Shown here piece after piece: positions 11,551-24,258 of a stretch of 64,000 bases of DNA (the first letter of the stretch is position 1; each line of letters begins with the position of its first letter). Source of the DNA: Setoptus koraiensis (lineage: Eukaryota; Animalia; Arthropoda); contig CM106585.1 in the NCBI GenBank assembly GCA_048013815.1, positions 10,602,001-10,666,000 on the forward strand, in the 5' to 3' direction. Below the pieces are notes generated by a model. The model saw only the letters and a list, made by a program, of their open reading frames with translations, ran no database searches and was not told the origin of the DNA. The position numbers and the translations under genes were made by a program.

Positions 11551-13793
11551 CTTCAAATAAGCGTCGTCTCTCGTTTGGTGCTTGTTGGTGCTCCAGATAC
11601 TCCTAATGGTGTGATGAGAGTTATTGGTTTGCGATAATAATATTTGTGCTATCTGTTTGTAAATAATGGTATAAGATGGAGATGGTAGAGGTCGCTCAAA
11701 TAATTATTGTTTTGTCCCAATGTGTTAATCAAATGCGTAATCGATTGAACTGTTGGCCAATGACTGGAAAAATTTGCACAAGTTGGTATCATCCGAAATA
11801 GTGAAATCCATATAAATAATATAATAATAATAACCAAGTCGAAGTTGATTTAAACGCGAGCTGTATCAGTTCGGTTTTAAGTCAGTGGAATTCAAGTCGA
11901 ATGGATGACTCGCTCTCTTGTTACGTCAATATTGTTGTTGTTGCTTAATCTGGTCGTTTGTTTATTGCTGTCGGTTGTAACTGTACAATTGCAATTGACT
12001 GTTGTTCGCATGTAATATGCTAATTTGGCGTAAATTGATCTAATTAATAGCAATTATTTGCAAATATCAGGTATTGTTATCGACCCGACTGATATAATGT
12101 ATTCGCGTAATAAAAGTGGATGACGATGATGACGAGAAAATCTAAACCAGCAGTAGTAGCAGTAGAGACAGCCGATGATGATGATGAAGAAGATGATGAT
12201 TATCACTGCCTATTGAGTGATGTTCGTGCGTTTTCATTCTATTGCTACACAGTGCTGTCCTTGGTAATAATAGTTACGATTTTGTCCGTTCATAGTCACT
12301 CTCAATGAAATAATGGTTGAGTGGGTTGTCGAAAATGAAAGCATTTTGGCCGAGCAAAGTAAACTTTTCCAGCAGCGCCCCTGGTGGTCGCACCAAACAG
12401 TAAGCCTGTGTCGGGAGTTGTGGGTGCACAGGGAACAAAAACGACTGTGGAGCAGTGCTGTGAATTTGTGCGTTGTTGTTGTCGGTACACGCATAAACAC
12501 TGATACTGTACTTGAGAATTGAGCAAAGCCAAAGTTACTTATGCACACACTGTGTGTGTGTGATCGCTTTATTACGTTCAAAACGTAGATGTGCGATGAT
12601 TCCGCCAGAGCGCGGCCACACTTTCCTAATGACGTGTGCAAGCGCTCACTGGAACCATCTCTCTTTTCGCGGTGCTGCACTAACGCAATTGATATAGCAA
12701 CAAGCGATACTGTACGCAGATGTGGGCAATCCAAAAATGGTAACACTTTGGCGGAACACCCCAGAGTTGGTCGTGCATTCTGAGGCGTCTCGAGTCTCCC
12801 TAGCGGGTATTTTTCGCATCGATGTCTTGAACAATGGGAGGCATAGCCACAGCACAGTGCTCACAGTGTATTTACTACTGAACCAGCGTATGGCATCAGC
12901 CGATACGAATGCGTGCGCCGTCTTTGTCCAATGTGTTGCTTTATCATTGTTGTTGTTGTTGTTGTTGCTGCAACATCATCATCATTATCATCATCATGTG
13001 TGTCATTCTCATTAAATGCTCTCTCTCTTCCCACTTTGAATGATGGTTGCCTTTTCATGAGGAAGGAAATGATAGTGATCGCGATGATGATGGTGATCAT
13101 GAAACAGTCAATTTATATACGATAATAACGAGACCCTGTACAAGTATATATACAACCATATTAACTACCATTGCTTGGTACTATTGATATTAGCCTGAGA
13201 GTGAGTGTATGTGTGGGAGTGATATTGAGCCACCAACAACAACTTGCGTATTCCATTTTATCTTGTATTTATATACGGATCAAACTATCATCATCAGCAT
13301 CAACATCAATCAGCAACATGAATGGCACGCTAAAAATGTGATGAGCATGTTTTTGTTGTAGCCAAAAACAACACCGGCTAGCACTATTGTACCCTACTGA
13401 TGGCCAACATGAAGATGGTCATGAATGATGGTGGCGATAATAGCGAAAATGGTGGTCATAAGTGCGGCTGGTAACCATCTCGAGCATCCTAATGATCTGT
13501 TACATATAATGCAAAAGTATTTGTTGATTACAATAGCCATCTACACCAGCTTGAATGATGTTGCTCGCGCCGTTGCCGATGGGCTGCAATTGGCCGGCTG
13601 ACACTGTTGACTGACTATATAGTATAGCAAACATCTGGCGATAGAGTCTGGCTGGATTGAGCAACGATATCCCATCGTTTGTTTAACACCCAGTGTTCTC
13701 ACTAACACTATAGACGCCGAGTGAGCATCGTTGTCAAGCACATCATATTACGGGTCATCTTTTATCCAACTGACGTAGACCAATGCAGTATTA

Positions 13794-13795
<2 letters not shown>

Positions 13796-13832
<37 letters not shown>
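13796..13832. repeat. (CT)n microsatellite
   Basis: About 18 CT units. Confidence 0.95.
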
Positions 13833-13837
<5 letters not shown>

Positions 13838-15129
13838 CGTCATCTGAATCGAGATGATTGTTTGTCTAAGCTAACGAGTGCTCTGTCTCCAGAGCGGCAG
13901 CCCTAGTTAACGGAATGTAACGCAAGTGAAACGAAAGAGTTATAATGTGGCGAATACTTTGTCCAATCCGATTACACTTTTGTCGCCCACCAATAGTCGC
14001 AACAGAACAGTTTGCTCAACTGCTCTCCCAATCGAACAATGCCCGTTGGTCGGCAATGCACACTCAACGGACACATTCTCACTATAGAGTCTAGACTTTT
14101 TTGAACAGAGTTCATACTCCGGCGCCACAACAATACTTCCAACTTCCCACCGGAAGCAGAAACTTTTTCTAGTCGTGTCCGGTTGGGTCCACTCGACTAT
14201 GCGATCCGGACAATATCTTTGCGAATGGCCAGCTGCTTTGCACGATACAGTGTGCCTGGTGATCATACCTGGCTATGATGACAACGGGTCACCGTATCCA
14301 CGATGCTGTGCGTGCTGAAGCACCTTGAGCGTATTTTGTGTCACACGTTTAAACCAAAATATAATCATCAATAGATATTAATTATTATGAGGGTAATAAT
14401 TAGTTATTATTAAAGAGGATTCAATATTATATGTCAGATTATTGCGTAATTTGACATGCTCACTCATTTGGCCAGCAACAAAGAAAAGGAGTGTAAAGAG
14501 CATGAGGAGAAAAACTGACTGGTCGCCATATGATAAGTCCGCTGAACAAACGCCGGGAACCGCGCGCGAGTGTGGGTGGGTATGCTCGTTCATTGGCCGC
14601 TATTCTGTGTGTGAGTTGTGTGTGTTGATGGCGAGTGAAGCGTGCTCATGGCAGCGACACGTGAAAATTATTTCTCTTCAATTGCCAGTAAAAATCATCA
14701 TTGTATCATTATTGAAATGGACTCAAAATTGCTAGGGCAATTCCATTATTTACACAAGGAACTCTGGACTTTTTATTATTATCAAATCAAATTATTGAAC
14801 ATCATCTATAATATCCATCAATTATCCATTTGAAATTATACTAACACAAAGAAACAAACAACAGAAAAGAAAACCGCGACCTGCAGTTTGTCCCCTGACA
14901 GTCTGGTTAGCATATCGTAGCGTTATTGTAGCCATTGTCATATCCCTTGAACCGCCAAACACACTGACACTCAGTGGCTAGTGTACTACAAACGCTGCAA
15001 ATGTTAAAAATTTCAAGATACACAATTTTGTATCACAATTTTTAATAGTTACATTTATTAATCTGAGTTAGTGATACTAGGCAGCTTTAATCAATCAATC
15101 AATTAGGACATTATCACATATTGTAGGGG

Positions 15130-17022
15130 ATGGCCAATCCACTGGTGCAAACTATCAAACAATTGTACGATGACAATCTCTACGACTACATCATAGATTG
15201 GGGCGAAATTCTCCTAGAGCCCACAAATCAGATCGGATTCCCAAAAGATCACATACAGGATTTGACCGCTCAACAGCGCTTCCAATTGCTCACCTATTTT
15301 GGTGAGGCACTCATGTATTGTAAATATTTTCGGCGTGCGATCAGAATATTTAAAGAGTGTCTGACTTTATTGGATACGTCACCTAGGCGGACCAGTAAAA
15401 GAAAATCCGCCAATGTGGAAAAAGATCAAGCATTCTTGTTGAATGAGAATGATATTAAACATAAATTATACTATTGTCACATAGGATTGAATGATCCAAC
15501 CGCCGCCATAGTGGCCCTCGAATCAATACCAAAACCTGAAAGATCCGTTGAGATACTCAGAGATTTAGCTAGATTGTATTCACAAGAAAATTTTATCGAC
15601 AAGGCGAAAGCAACCTATCGTGAAATACTAATCAGGCGACCGGAGTCATTAGGAGCTATCATTGAATTATGTAAACTATCAGTTGGCGACTGTAGTTATG
15701 ATGTAATGGAACGTCTCTTGCCACAACAATTTCTGTCATCATTCAATTGGCTTCCTACATGGATTAAAGCCCAATGCACCCTTTATTCTAACAATCAAAA
15801 AATAGCTATTAAATGGTTGGACAGTTTGTCTACCAAATTCAACTTATACAGCCCATCAATATTGTCTACTGTGGCCCAGGCACACTATCACGAAGGAAAC
15901 TTCAAAGAATCAAATAGACTTTTTAAAGTAGCTTTCAACAATGATGATTTAGCTATTAAACGTATAGATTGTTACGCTGCCTCACTACATAAAGATAATC
16001 AGATACGTGAGCTTGAGGACCTCACAGCGAGAATTTGTGAGGTTTGCCCACAAGAGGGTCAACACTTCTACGAGCATTGGCTCGTTATGGCACGATACAA
16101 CTCATGTCTAGATCAGAATGAAGGATCCAGAAGAAGAAAAGAGGAAGACAAAAAAAATTCTTCCTCTCAACCTAAAGCTTTATTGTTTGCCAAGAAGGCT
16201 ATCAAGATCAACAAGGATGCTGTAGAAAGTTTGATCCTTTTAGGAGAATTGTATTTCGAAAGAAAAGAATACGGTAGATCATTGAGTTACATGAATCACG
16301 CTCATGTGCAAGCTCCATATCGATTTGAAGTTCAAAAGCTTCTATGTCATGCTTTCTTGGAAGATAACAAGAAGCCGATGGCAATGAAATTTGCACTAGC
16401 AGCTATAAAAGCTCTTGGCGAGTCCGCTAGATCCTATCATTTATACGCGGATATTATTCTACGCAGTGGTAATACTCGAAAAAAGAATGATGCGAGAAAT
16501 TGTTTAGAAAAAGCAGTCCGTTATGATCCGTCATATTTACCCGCTGTACTAACATTAAGTGATTTGTACATAGAGGAGAAACATAGTAGTTTCGATAAAG
16601 CTATCGGTGTTCTCACCGCCGCTCTAACAAAACATCACACCAACAAGGAGATCCACAAAAAGTTGTATGTATGTTACACAGGAATAGAAGATCACCCTAA
16701 GGCTTTATATCACGAGGCTCGTGCTTCGGAGTAAGTATTTATTATATATTCATGTAGTCCTGTTATGATATCGAGCATGATCATTAGAGTCATTTTATTG
16801 ATTGATCTACTCTCTTTCTATATATTTTATTCAACTGACATACTTAAATGGAAATGAAGTGATGTCAACTATCGTCCTACAACCGAAACTTCTCAAAGAA
16901 TTGAGCAAAATAACTCGCATGACGAAGGAGACACACTTGGTCTGGAGGGTGAAGAGATGGTGGAAAGAGAAGACAGCGACACAGATGTTCTATCGGAGGA
17001 GATAGGTGATATGGGTCCATGA
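15130..17022 (+). CDS. ANAPC7: Anaphase-promoting complex subunit 7 (TPR protein); exon 1 15130-16730, probable acidic-tail exon ~16860-17022
   Basis: N-terminal pattern (QRFQLLTYFGEAL; NDIKHKLYYC; LESIPKPERSVEI; YREILIRRPESLGAIIEL) matches APC7, followed by TPRs. GTAAGT donor at 16731. The downstream frame encodes an acidic tail (EGEEMVEREDSDTD). The exon-2 acceptor is atypical. Confidence 0.82.
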
Positions 17023-17153
17023 AGCAAGTTGTTTTCATCAATTGATGGCATGCATATCTGTGAAGTATAATTACTATGCAAAATCACATAGTAGTCTGAT
17101 TTCTTACAGTGAGAACTCGAATAAATCATCAATGTTTTGGATATCAAAATCGT

Positions 17154-18300
17154 TTAGAGCCTTGTGAAGATATTTATGAATGGCAGAACTATGGATTCAA
17201 CAGGTTTTCCCGTGAATTTAGAATCCTTGGTTTTGATAAGCTTATTATCCTTTAATTCCCAACCACCGCTAGGCACTTTAACTTTGTTGCACTTTTCTCC
17301 ATTGAAATCGTAATTTGGGCAGGCAAGATCGAGCACCTCACTAGAGTATCCCTTGATCATCTTTGTGCCTATGTATTCCTCGGCTGTCGAGTCAAAACTG
17401 TGACAAGTGTGTTTCACTAAACGATTTGAATACTCTTGAAATCTAGCGAATGCACAACAAGACATTGGTATTTTGTCGTCCGTGTTCTTTTCATTACTTA
17501 TGAGGGTTAGGGAATTCTATTTGCAAATTGCGGGATTTGAAGACAATTCGATTTAACCATTATTATTGACTAAAGAAAACAACATTTTCGACTGCTTAAG
17601 TGCTTGATTCTTACCGTAAGTTGTTCCATGGTGTCATGTAAACTGTTGATTACAGTTTTCAGGCATCTGTAATGAGTCAAATACTCTTTAGTTCCATTTG
17701 TGCTACATCGTTTTCTCATCACTTGTCCGGCGCCTTCAAGGGGAACAAGATCCGACGTATAGATTAGCGACGATTAACGACTGCGAAAAACAAATCAATC
17801 CATTCAATAGATGATAATTACCTAAAATTAGCAATCCTGTAACTTGACGTTCGAAAGGACTCAGGCATCTCCTGGCAAAATTTTTAATACAATCCTCGGC
17901 ATCGAATTCTTCCCTTTAGATTATGTATATTTAAGAATTAAAGCCAGTTGTTAACAAGCGGACTCTAGCAATATCTTTATCGTGACTTAATTTTTCCAAC
18001 TTACTGACAATGTGGGACCATCTCTGCCTGATTAACTGGTAAATAGACAGATCTTTTGCCAAAAACCATAACTGTGGATCCACATTTATCTAACACATCT
18101 CTATCACAAGTTTTGTTAGCAACTCCCGCCAAATTGGGTATGACCCTTTGGCCCTGATAGGATGCCATTTGCGTTGAGCCTAGAAATGATCAAAGTGTGA
18201 GGGAGTTGTTAAATGTAAAATTTCACTGGTCAAGTTCTTTTGGCGCTGTATTGAGGTACTTACAAATGGCTAAGACAAAGATTATTGATTTAGGGAACAT
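17154..18300 (-). CDS. Five-exon secreted cysteine-rich protein, arthropod lineage-specific type
   Basis: ATG at 18300 and signal peptide MFPKSIIFVLAI. Four GTAAG/GTAAT-AG introns join in phase: CDRDVLDKC...PHC...EDCIKNFARRC...RKRCS...HYRC...MSCCAFARFQEY...LDLAC...EKC. Confidence 0.75.
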
Positions 18301-19426
18301 GGTTGTTTCGGGTTTATTTCTTCTCAGCTGTCGTTCGTTTCAACAGTTTCACGATCTTTAGATATGGCTTTTTTTGATAACTGATTGGTTGATAATGTTT
18401 CGTGAGCCTCTAGCAACTGAATGTACACGGTATCCGATTCAGAACAGATTTATATGTTCCAAGTTGGGATCAGAATGGCAAAAGGATAGAGAAGATTCTC
18501 TGTCTATCATATAGTGTTTACAGCTAAACTTTACTATGAGTACCAAAGATGGTTAATCAAAAAAGAATGGAATCTAAGAGAAACCATGCTAGAAGAGGTA
18601 GAGTTATTTCTGACTCAAGTTTTGCATAATTCGTATAAGTTGAATTTTGGACAAAGATTCAAGCTTTGAACATTGATTCGACTAGTATAGAATCTCTATT
18701 CGTCTTGCATGAAATTAGGAGAGCGGGTAACTTCAGTGATTGTAATGCATAAAAAGGAAACGTTGATGGAAACAAAGAGAATAAAGATTTGACAATTTAT
18801 TTTTCCGAGTTTTTCCTGATATCTAAACGTTCAACAACTTTTACTCACAGTATAACAGTTATTCCATCTATGTCCGTTGGAGTAGATGGTTCTTGTTGAA
18901 TAGTTTTCAAATCTTGTTCGTATGCGATGATTAATTGTTGTTTCTCAACTGAAATGATAAATCAAGTAGTGTTTTCTCTCATCTTTCTTTTTCAATTACA
19001 ATGTAAAGTTATTCTATTCCATGTGACTTAAAATCACCTGAGATGGTTCACGTTAATTTATAGCTAGAGGAATTTTACAGTAGACTTGACCATAAACTCC
19101 TTTATCCATTCGTGTTTTCACTCGCAAGCTTTCATCAATTCTTCTCTAAGATTATTCTGTACTATTCATGCGTAGCTCTGTATTTAGATAGTGCTAAAAA
19201 ACTTCACTGAATACAAGTTTGCCGCTCGAAACGGTAAATTATTCAATAGATTTATTAATAGAAACGATGCAGTTTAACGCTGCCTCAAACTTAACAATGA
19301 CTTAAGGCTAAAAGGTACCAGAGCCAGATTCATCTGTATAGGTAGAAAACTAATAGAAGAGCTCGAGCTCGGTACCTGGCTATTTATCAAGAATTGAGTA
19401 AGAATTGTACAAGTTATTTTGCAGTT

Positions 19427-20583
19427 TTAAAGATCGTTATTCTTGATAAAGCGATTGCCCTCACTATTCTTGCCAGTGTATCGATAGGCCAATCGAGAGA
19501 AGATTCCTAATGAAATAGCAGATATTAGATAAAAGATGCATTAGGTCTGCTAGTGTGTATCAAATACTTGCAATGCGACTTCTGTTGTGGCAGTTAGGTA
19601 CAAACCTTTTGGTTGGAGGTCGTCAAACTGTGATGACACTCTGGTCGTTATAATGGGTAAGTTGGTTGCCGGGGCGAATCTTAAATTGTATGTATTCTGA
19701 ATGTACAACAACAACAAAACATGAACATTCTCAAAATCCATTGTGATCAAAAATTTTCTGTTACCGGAAAATTTCGACTAAACTTACCGCTTCCGGCTTG
19801 ACAAGTAAGTAGTGACCCTTTTTGATGGCTTCTTCTCTTTCGTTGTTAGAGATCTTAGTGGAATCTAAAAATTTTAGGTTGGGCAGATTGTATATAACAT
19901 AAAATCTAGGGACCAAACGATAAAAAAGTATAAAAGATACGTTAGAATGTAAATGACCAATCTGCCAAGACTGCTTGATGATTTTGTGTTTCTTTTTTCA
20001 ATTGACAATGCTTACCTGTATCTTTGGTAGTCATACTCATCCTCATTGACTAGCTCCCCTGAATCACAGGTCTTAGTCATTTGGCTTGGACACAAAGAGT
20101 TGCCTATAAGAGATAGGAATTCAAGATTTGGGCAACAAGTTCTGATATTTTCTATAAGACGACTCAGATCCTTGAGCTACATGAAGAGGCGATATAAGGC
20201 GGCAAGAGTTATAGATAGATGACTTATGGCTTATAGCAATCTGAGAGATGAGGTTGTTAGAGTTGTACAACAACAACAGATACCTTATTTTTGTTTATGG
20301 ATAGCGTTTTGAGGCATAGGTTCGGTTTAAGTAGGACATTGTCATCATCTAGTAGGTTATTGTCTAAAATCAACTCGTTCAACTTTACAAATGAATCAAT
20401 ATATTTGAAACTAGTCAGAGTATTGTAACTCAAGTCCAATTTTTGCGCCAAATGGCCAAATTTTGTAGCCAGTATCGCCGGTATCTCGCATCGATTTTGA
20501 GCTATATATGTCAATTGATTATTTTTCCATAGTATACATTGTTCCCCATTCTCAGTGATTAGATGCAGATTGTCTGAGGACAT
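19427..20583 (-). CDS. LRMDA: Leucine-rich melanocyte differentiation-associated protein-like (C10orf11), 5 exons
   Basis: LTYIAQNRCEIP, LDLSYNTL, LEFLSLIGNSLCP, DYQRYRFYVIYNLPNLKFLDS and terminal YRYTGKNSEGNRFIKNNDL* match the LRMDA family. Splice sites are in phase. Confidence 0.9.
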
Positions 20584-21221
20584 GATTCTCTCTCTTGTAT
20601 GCAATAAAAACGACCCAAATGAAACAGTCTCTAGAGGATTTATTCTATTCTCGCTCCGGGAACCAAGATCTGTTGATGGTTTCTGATGTGATATATCCCA
20701 AAAAATTCAATTTCATCCAGTTAGAAACCAAAAACAAGTTCTGGTCATTTTAGTGCGCCGCTCGCTGCATAATCTTGATTTACTCAAGCGCGAAACATAA
20801 CTAATCAAATAAACTTTCAAGAAAAATCTGTCAGAGGCGCTGGCATAGCTCAAATAATAGACATTAAATCAGGGCCTGTTTCATTTCTTTTCCTTCAAAT
20901 TGTTTTCTTCAGTGTGCATTGAAGCAGATTAGCTCGGTGCTCTATCGGCATCAGAGGTGCGTTGCGTGCTGCCCTCTTTCTGATCTTGCACATAACTACT
21001 CCTGATCACCAACTGCCGCTCGATTATGTGCAGCTGAACTGCACAGAATAGCGAAAAAGTGCACACAATCACCGTAAACATTTTCATAACAAGATTCAAT
21101 TTTACCGCTGAAGAAATAAGAAAAACATGAAAAACGTGATGATTTCTTGTGATTGTATCATTTGATTGATATCCCATTCAATTATTATTTTATATATTTC
21201 GTCAACAATACAATAATCAAA

Positions 21222-21986
21222 ATGTCGCATCAAAATGTATTTCTGCCGGAGAGTCAACCACAGATAATTCAGCAGCCACAGTTGATTCAGGAACCTCAGC
21301 TAATTCAAGAGCCACAGACGATTCAGCCGCCACAGATGATCCAACAACCGCAGATAATCCAGCAGCCGCAGATGATTCAGCAACCGCAGGTTATTCAACA
21401 GCCACAGCTACTTCAGGAGCCACAGCTAATTCAAGAGCCACAGCTAATTGCTCCACCTCAGCTAACTCAGCAACCACAGCTCACCCAACAACCACAGCTA
21501 ACGCAACAACCTCTGCTAACACAGCAGCCGCAGCTAATTCAACAACCTATGCAATTTCAAGCTACACCACCACCGCCACCACCACCGATGCAACAACAGG
21601 CTCAGGAACCCCAGCAGTCACAACAGTCACAACCGTCGAACCAGCCAAGTCAAAGCAAAAATGTGGATTTACTGCTAAACAAACAGAGGCTGCAAGAGTT
21701 GGTGAATGAGATAGATCCAAATGAGCAATTAGATGAGGATGTCGAGGACGTGCTACTCGAAATGGCGGACGAATTCATCGAAAATGTTGTTTCGTCTGCT
21801 TGTATGATAGCCAAACATAGAAAATCTTCTACTTTGGAGGTGGAAGACGTACAGTTGTATCTTGAGAGGAAATACAAAATGTGGATACCAGGTTTCAATA
21901 CAGTGGATACTCATTCCAATAGGTTCATCAGCGAAGCCCACAAACAACGCCTGGCTTTGATAAAAAGAACCCTTAAGAAGCCATAA
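21222..21986 (+). CDS. TAF12: TFIID subunit 12 with long Q/P-rich N-terminal repeat
   Basis: Histone fold LQELVNEIDPNEQLDEDVEDVLLEMADEFIENVV...AKHRKSSTLEVEDVQLYLERKYKMWIPGF. First ATG is at 21222. Confidence 0.95.
   Translation: MSHQNVFLPESQPQIIQQPQLIQEPQLIQEPQTIQPPQMIQQPQIIQQPQMIQQPQVIQQPQLLQEPQLIQEPQLIAPPQLTQQPQLTQQPQLTQQPLLTQQPQLIQQPMQFQATPPPPPPPMQQQAQEPQQSQQSQPSNQPSQSKNVDLLLNKQRLQELVNEIDPNEQLDEDVEDVLLEMADEFIENVVSSACMIAKHRKSSTLEVEDVQLYLERKYKMWIPGFNTVDTHSNRFISEAHKQRLALIKRTLKKP
21255..21560 (+). repeat. Coding 18-bp tandem repeat, about 17 units of [QEP]PQ[LMIV][IT]Q
   Basis: Unit count read from the translation. Confidence 0.9.
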
Positions 21987-22039
21987 TGATGAAGAAACAT
22001 CATTTCTATGTAAATCAATATATATAGTTTATTTGGAAA

Positions 22040-23166
22040 TCATCCATATCTGATGCTCAGTCCCATCATTTGCCTTCGCTCGCTTTCGCGGCTTTTTCCT
22101 TTTCCTTCTCGCGTTTGACTGCCTCTATTCTGGCTGCCTCCTCGGCTTCGAATTTTGTTATCAACTTCTCTACTTGATTGCTTGGAAGGTTCTTGATCTC
22201 TGTCTTGCCATCAACTCTAGATAAAGTAGCAATCTCGACTGATAGATCATGAAGTAGAGGAAAGAATTAGTCATACATATTTTGTTGATTACGATGCAAT
22301 CCACAAGAATTGTCAAACACCTACCTTTGTCCGCTGTCATCTTAGTCATATCCAGCGTCTTGCTAAGAACTTTTACAGCTAAATCGAGAGCTTTATTCAA
22401 TGTCATGTCATCCTTGTAGTCTTGTTTCAATATGGAGACAGCCGCTGCGCTATTGTTTCCTATACATGTAGCTTTCCATCCTCCATAATTACCGCTCGGA
22501 TCTGATTGATATAGCTGATAACCGTGCCTATCGTCCCAACCCATATATAGAATTGATACACCGAATGGTCTTCTACCACCGTATTGAGTATAACCTTGCT
22601 TGATATCACACAACCAGCTGACCAGCCTCTCACATGGAATACTTTTACCGTTCATGAGTAGATACCGCTGGGCCATTAATCTGAGCTCATTTGTAAGGAC
22701 ATTAGCATCAGAAGTAATTCCAGCAACACTACAAGCCATGTCACTGTGAATGAAAATGGTTCAAGAGAAAATGGAGAAAAAAGGGTGTTAATGTCGGTCT
22801 AACTGGCCATCTCTGAGCGTAAATTATATAAGAATCAAGGCCAGTGCTTACTCATGGAGTTTGTAGATTTTCTCGTTCGAAATGACCTCATCCAACAATT
22901 TATTTGTATTGCGACGTTCGGCGGCCAAAACTATGCCATCGGTGGACAGAATTCCCAAGCAGGTACCGGCATGACCAATGGCTTCCATTGCGTACTCTAC
23001 CTGGTACAGTCGACCTGATACAGAAACGCAATTGACATTGTTGAGAAATTGTTTATCATTCAAGATTTTCGATGATGTTCGAATAGTTTCACTTTTGACG
23101 ATTGTTTTGGGCACACTTACCCTCTGGCGAAAATATGGTGGTCCTCGAATCGTATCGTCGTGCCAT
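22040..23166 (-). CDS. PSMA4: Proteasome subunit alpha type-4 (alpha3), 4 exons
   Basis: [16 protein letters not shown]|[16 protein letters not shown]...|[14 protein letters not shown]...[15 protein letters not shown]...|VEIATL. All three introns are GT-AG. Confidence 0.97.
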
Positions 23167-24258
23167 GTTGATCAAATTTCACTAATTGGCGAAATCAACA
23201 ACTATTAATATAATAAAATTCAGTTTAGTTTTGATTTAATGATTGTCACGACACTATGACAAATGGATTAATCTTGTCGATTATCTACAGATTGGATGAC
23301 TGATATCAAAGGATCAGGTGTTATTTCTGACCATGTTTTTTAGCAGAAATGATTAAAATGCCGACTGCTCCATCTATGAGAGCAGTCCTACGAGAGTTCG
23401 GAACGTTCTATTTGTAGTAGCGCGCTCTTTGAACACGATTCTCGTCGAAGACGAGAATCTTCATGAGATTCTCTCATATAAAGTTTGATCGAAATTTAAC
23501 ATAGTTGTTGTGACTGCCGGTAGATTATGATAGATCCTCTCGCACTAGTAGGTACTACTCGTTCTCAAAACAAGCGTACTTTCGAACTGAGTGTATAACA
23601 CTTCCGGAGTGGGAGCTCTATTCGCAATGTATGGCCTGTGAAGGGTCCCATAGGCCTTAGACAAAATCAGAAAATCTCACAAATCTCATTGAGATATTAT
23701 CAGAAGTCAACATTGGAATATCATATAATCGCCATCGATGATAATGAATAGAAGAGGTTGCAGTAGCAAAGCAGTCAATGACAATGGTAAAATAAAATGA
23801 GCGCCCTCAATAATCTCTAGTTGAGCCCACACAGGGCGATTGCAAAAGCACTTCCTAGTAACCTGCACTCGGCCTAGAACTGACTTGATAACTATGGTTA
23901 CTAAGGCGGTCTCCGTTCTAATATTTCAACAATACATGACAACAAAAAGACACATATTGAACTACCTCCGTAACCACTATCTATAGCGAGTTTGTGAAAT
24001 ATACCCCAGAGTCGCTGCTAGGTTCACTACTCATTGAAACAATAGTTGATGTGACTTGAGAGCTTTAGAACTTGTTCATCGAGATGTCGAACCTATCAAT
24101 ATAGTCGCACGCTTGTCCAAAACATCTCTAACTCTATTCTTTTCATTTTCTTCTGCTGTTAATAGATAATCAAAATGTACATAATGCACAAGTGTTTATT
24201 ATTGAAATTACTCTAATTTATTGAGCTCTTATCTCTGTTGAAAAACAAGTAGAACAAG

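Noticed and set aside
12120-14833. Many 60-170 aa ORFs upstream of the BTB gene
   Set aside because: No domain motifs; they overlap microsatellite-rich, probably regulatory or UTR DNA.
23438-23475. Perfect 10-bp hairpin gattctcgtc-gaa-gacgagaatc plus an adjacent inverted repeat
   Set aside because: Too short to call a miRNA, terminator or element end without expression data.
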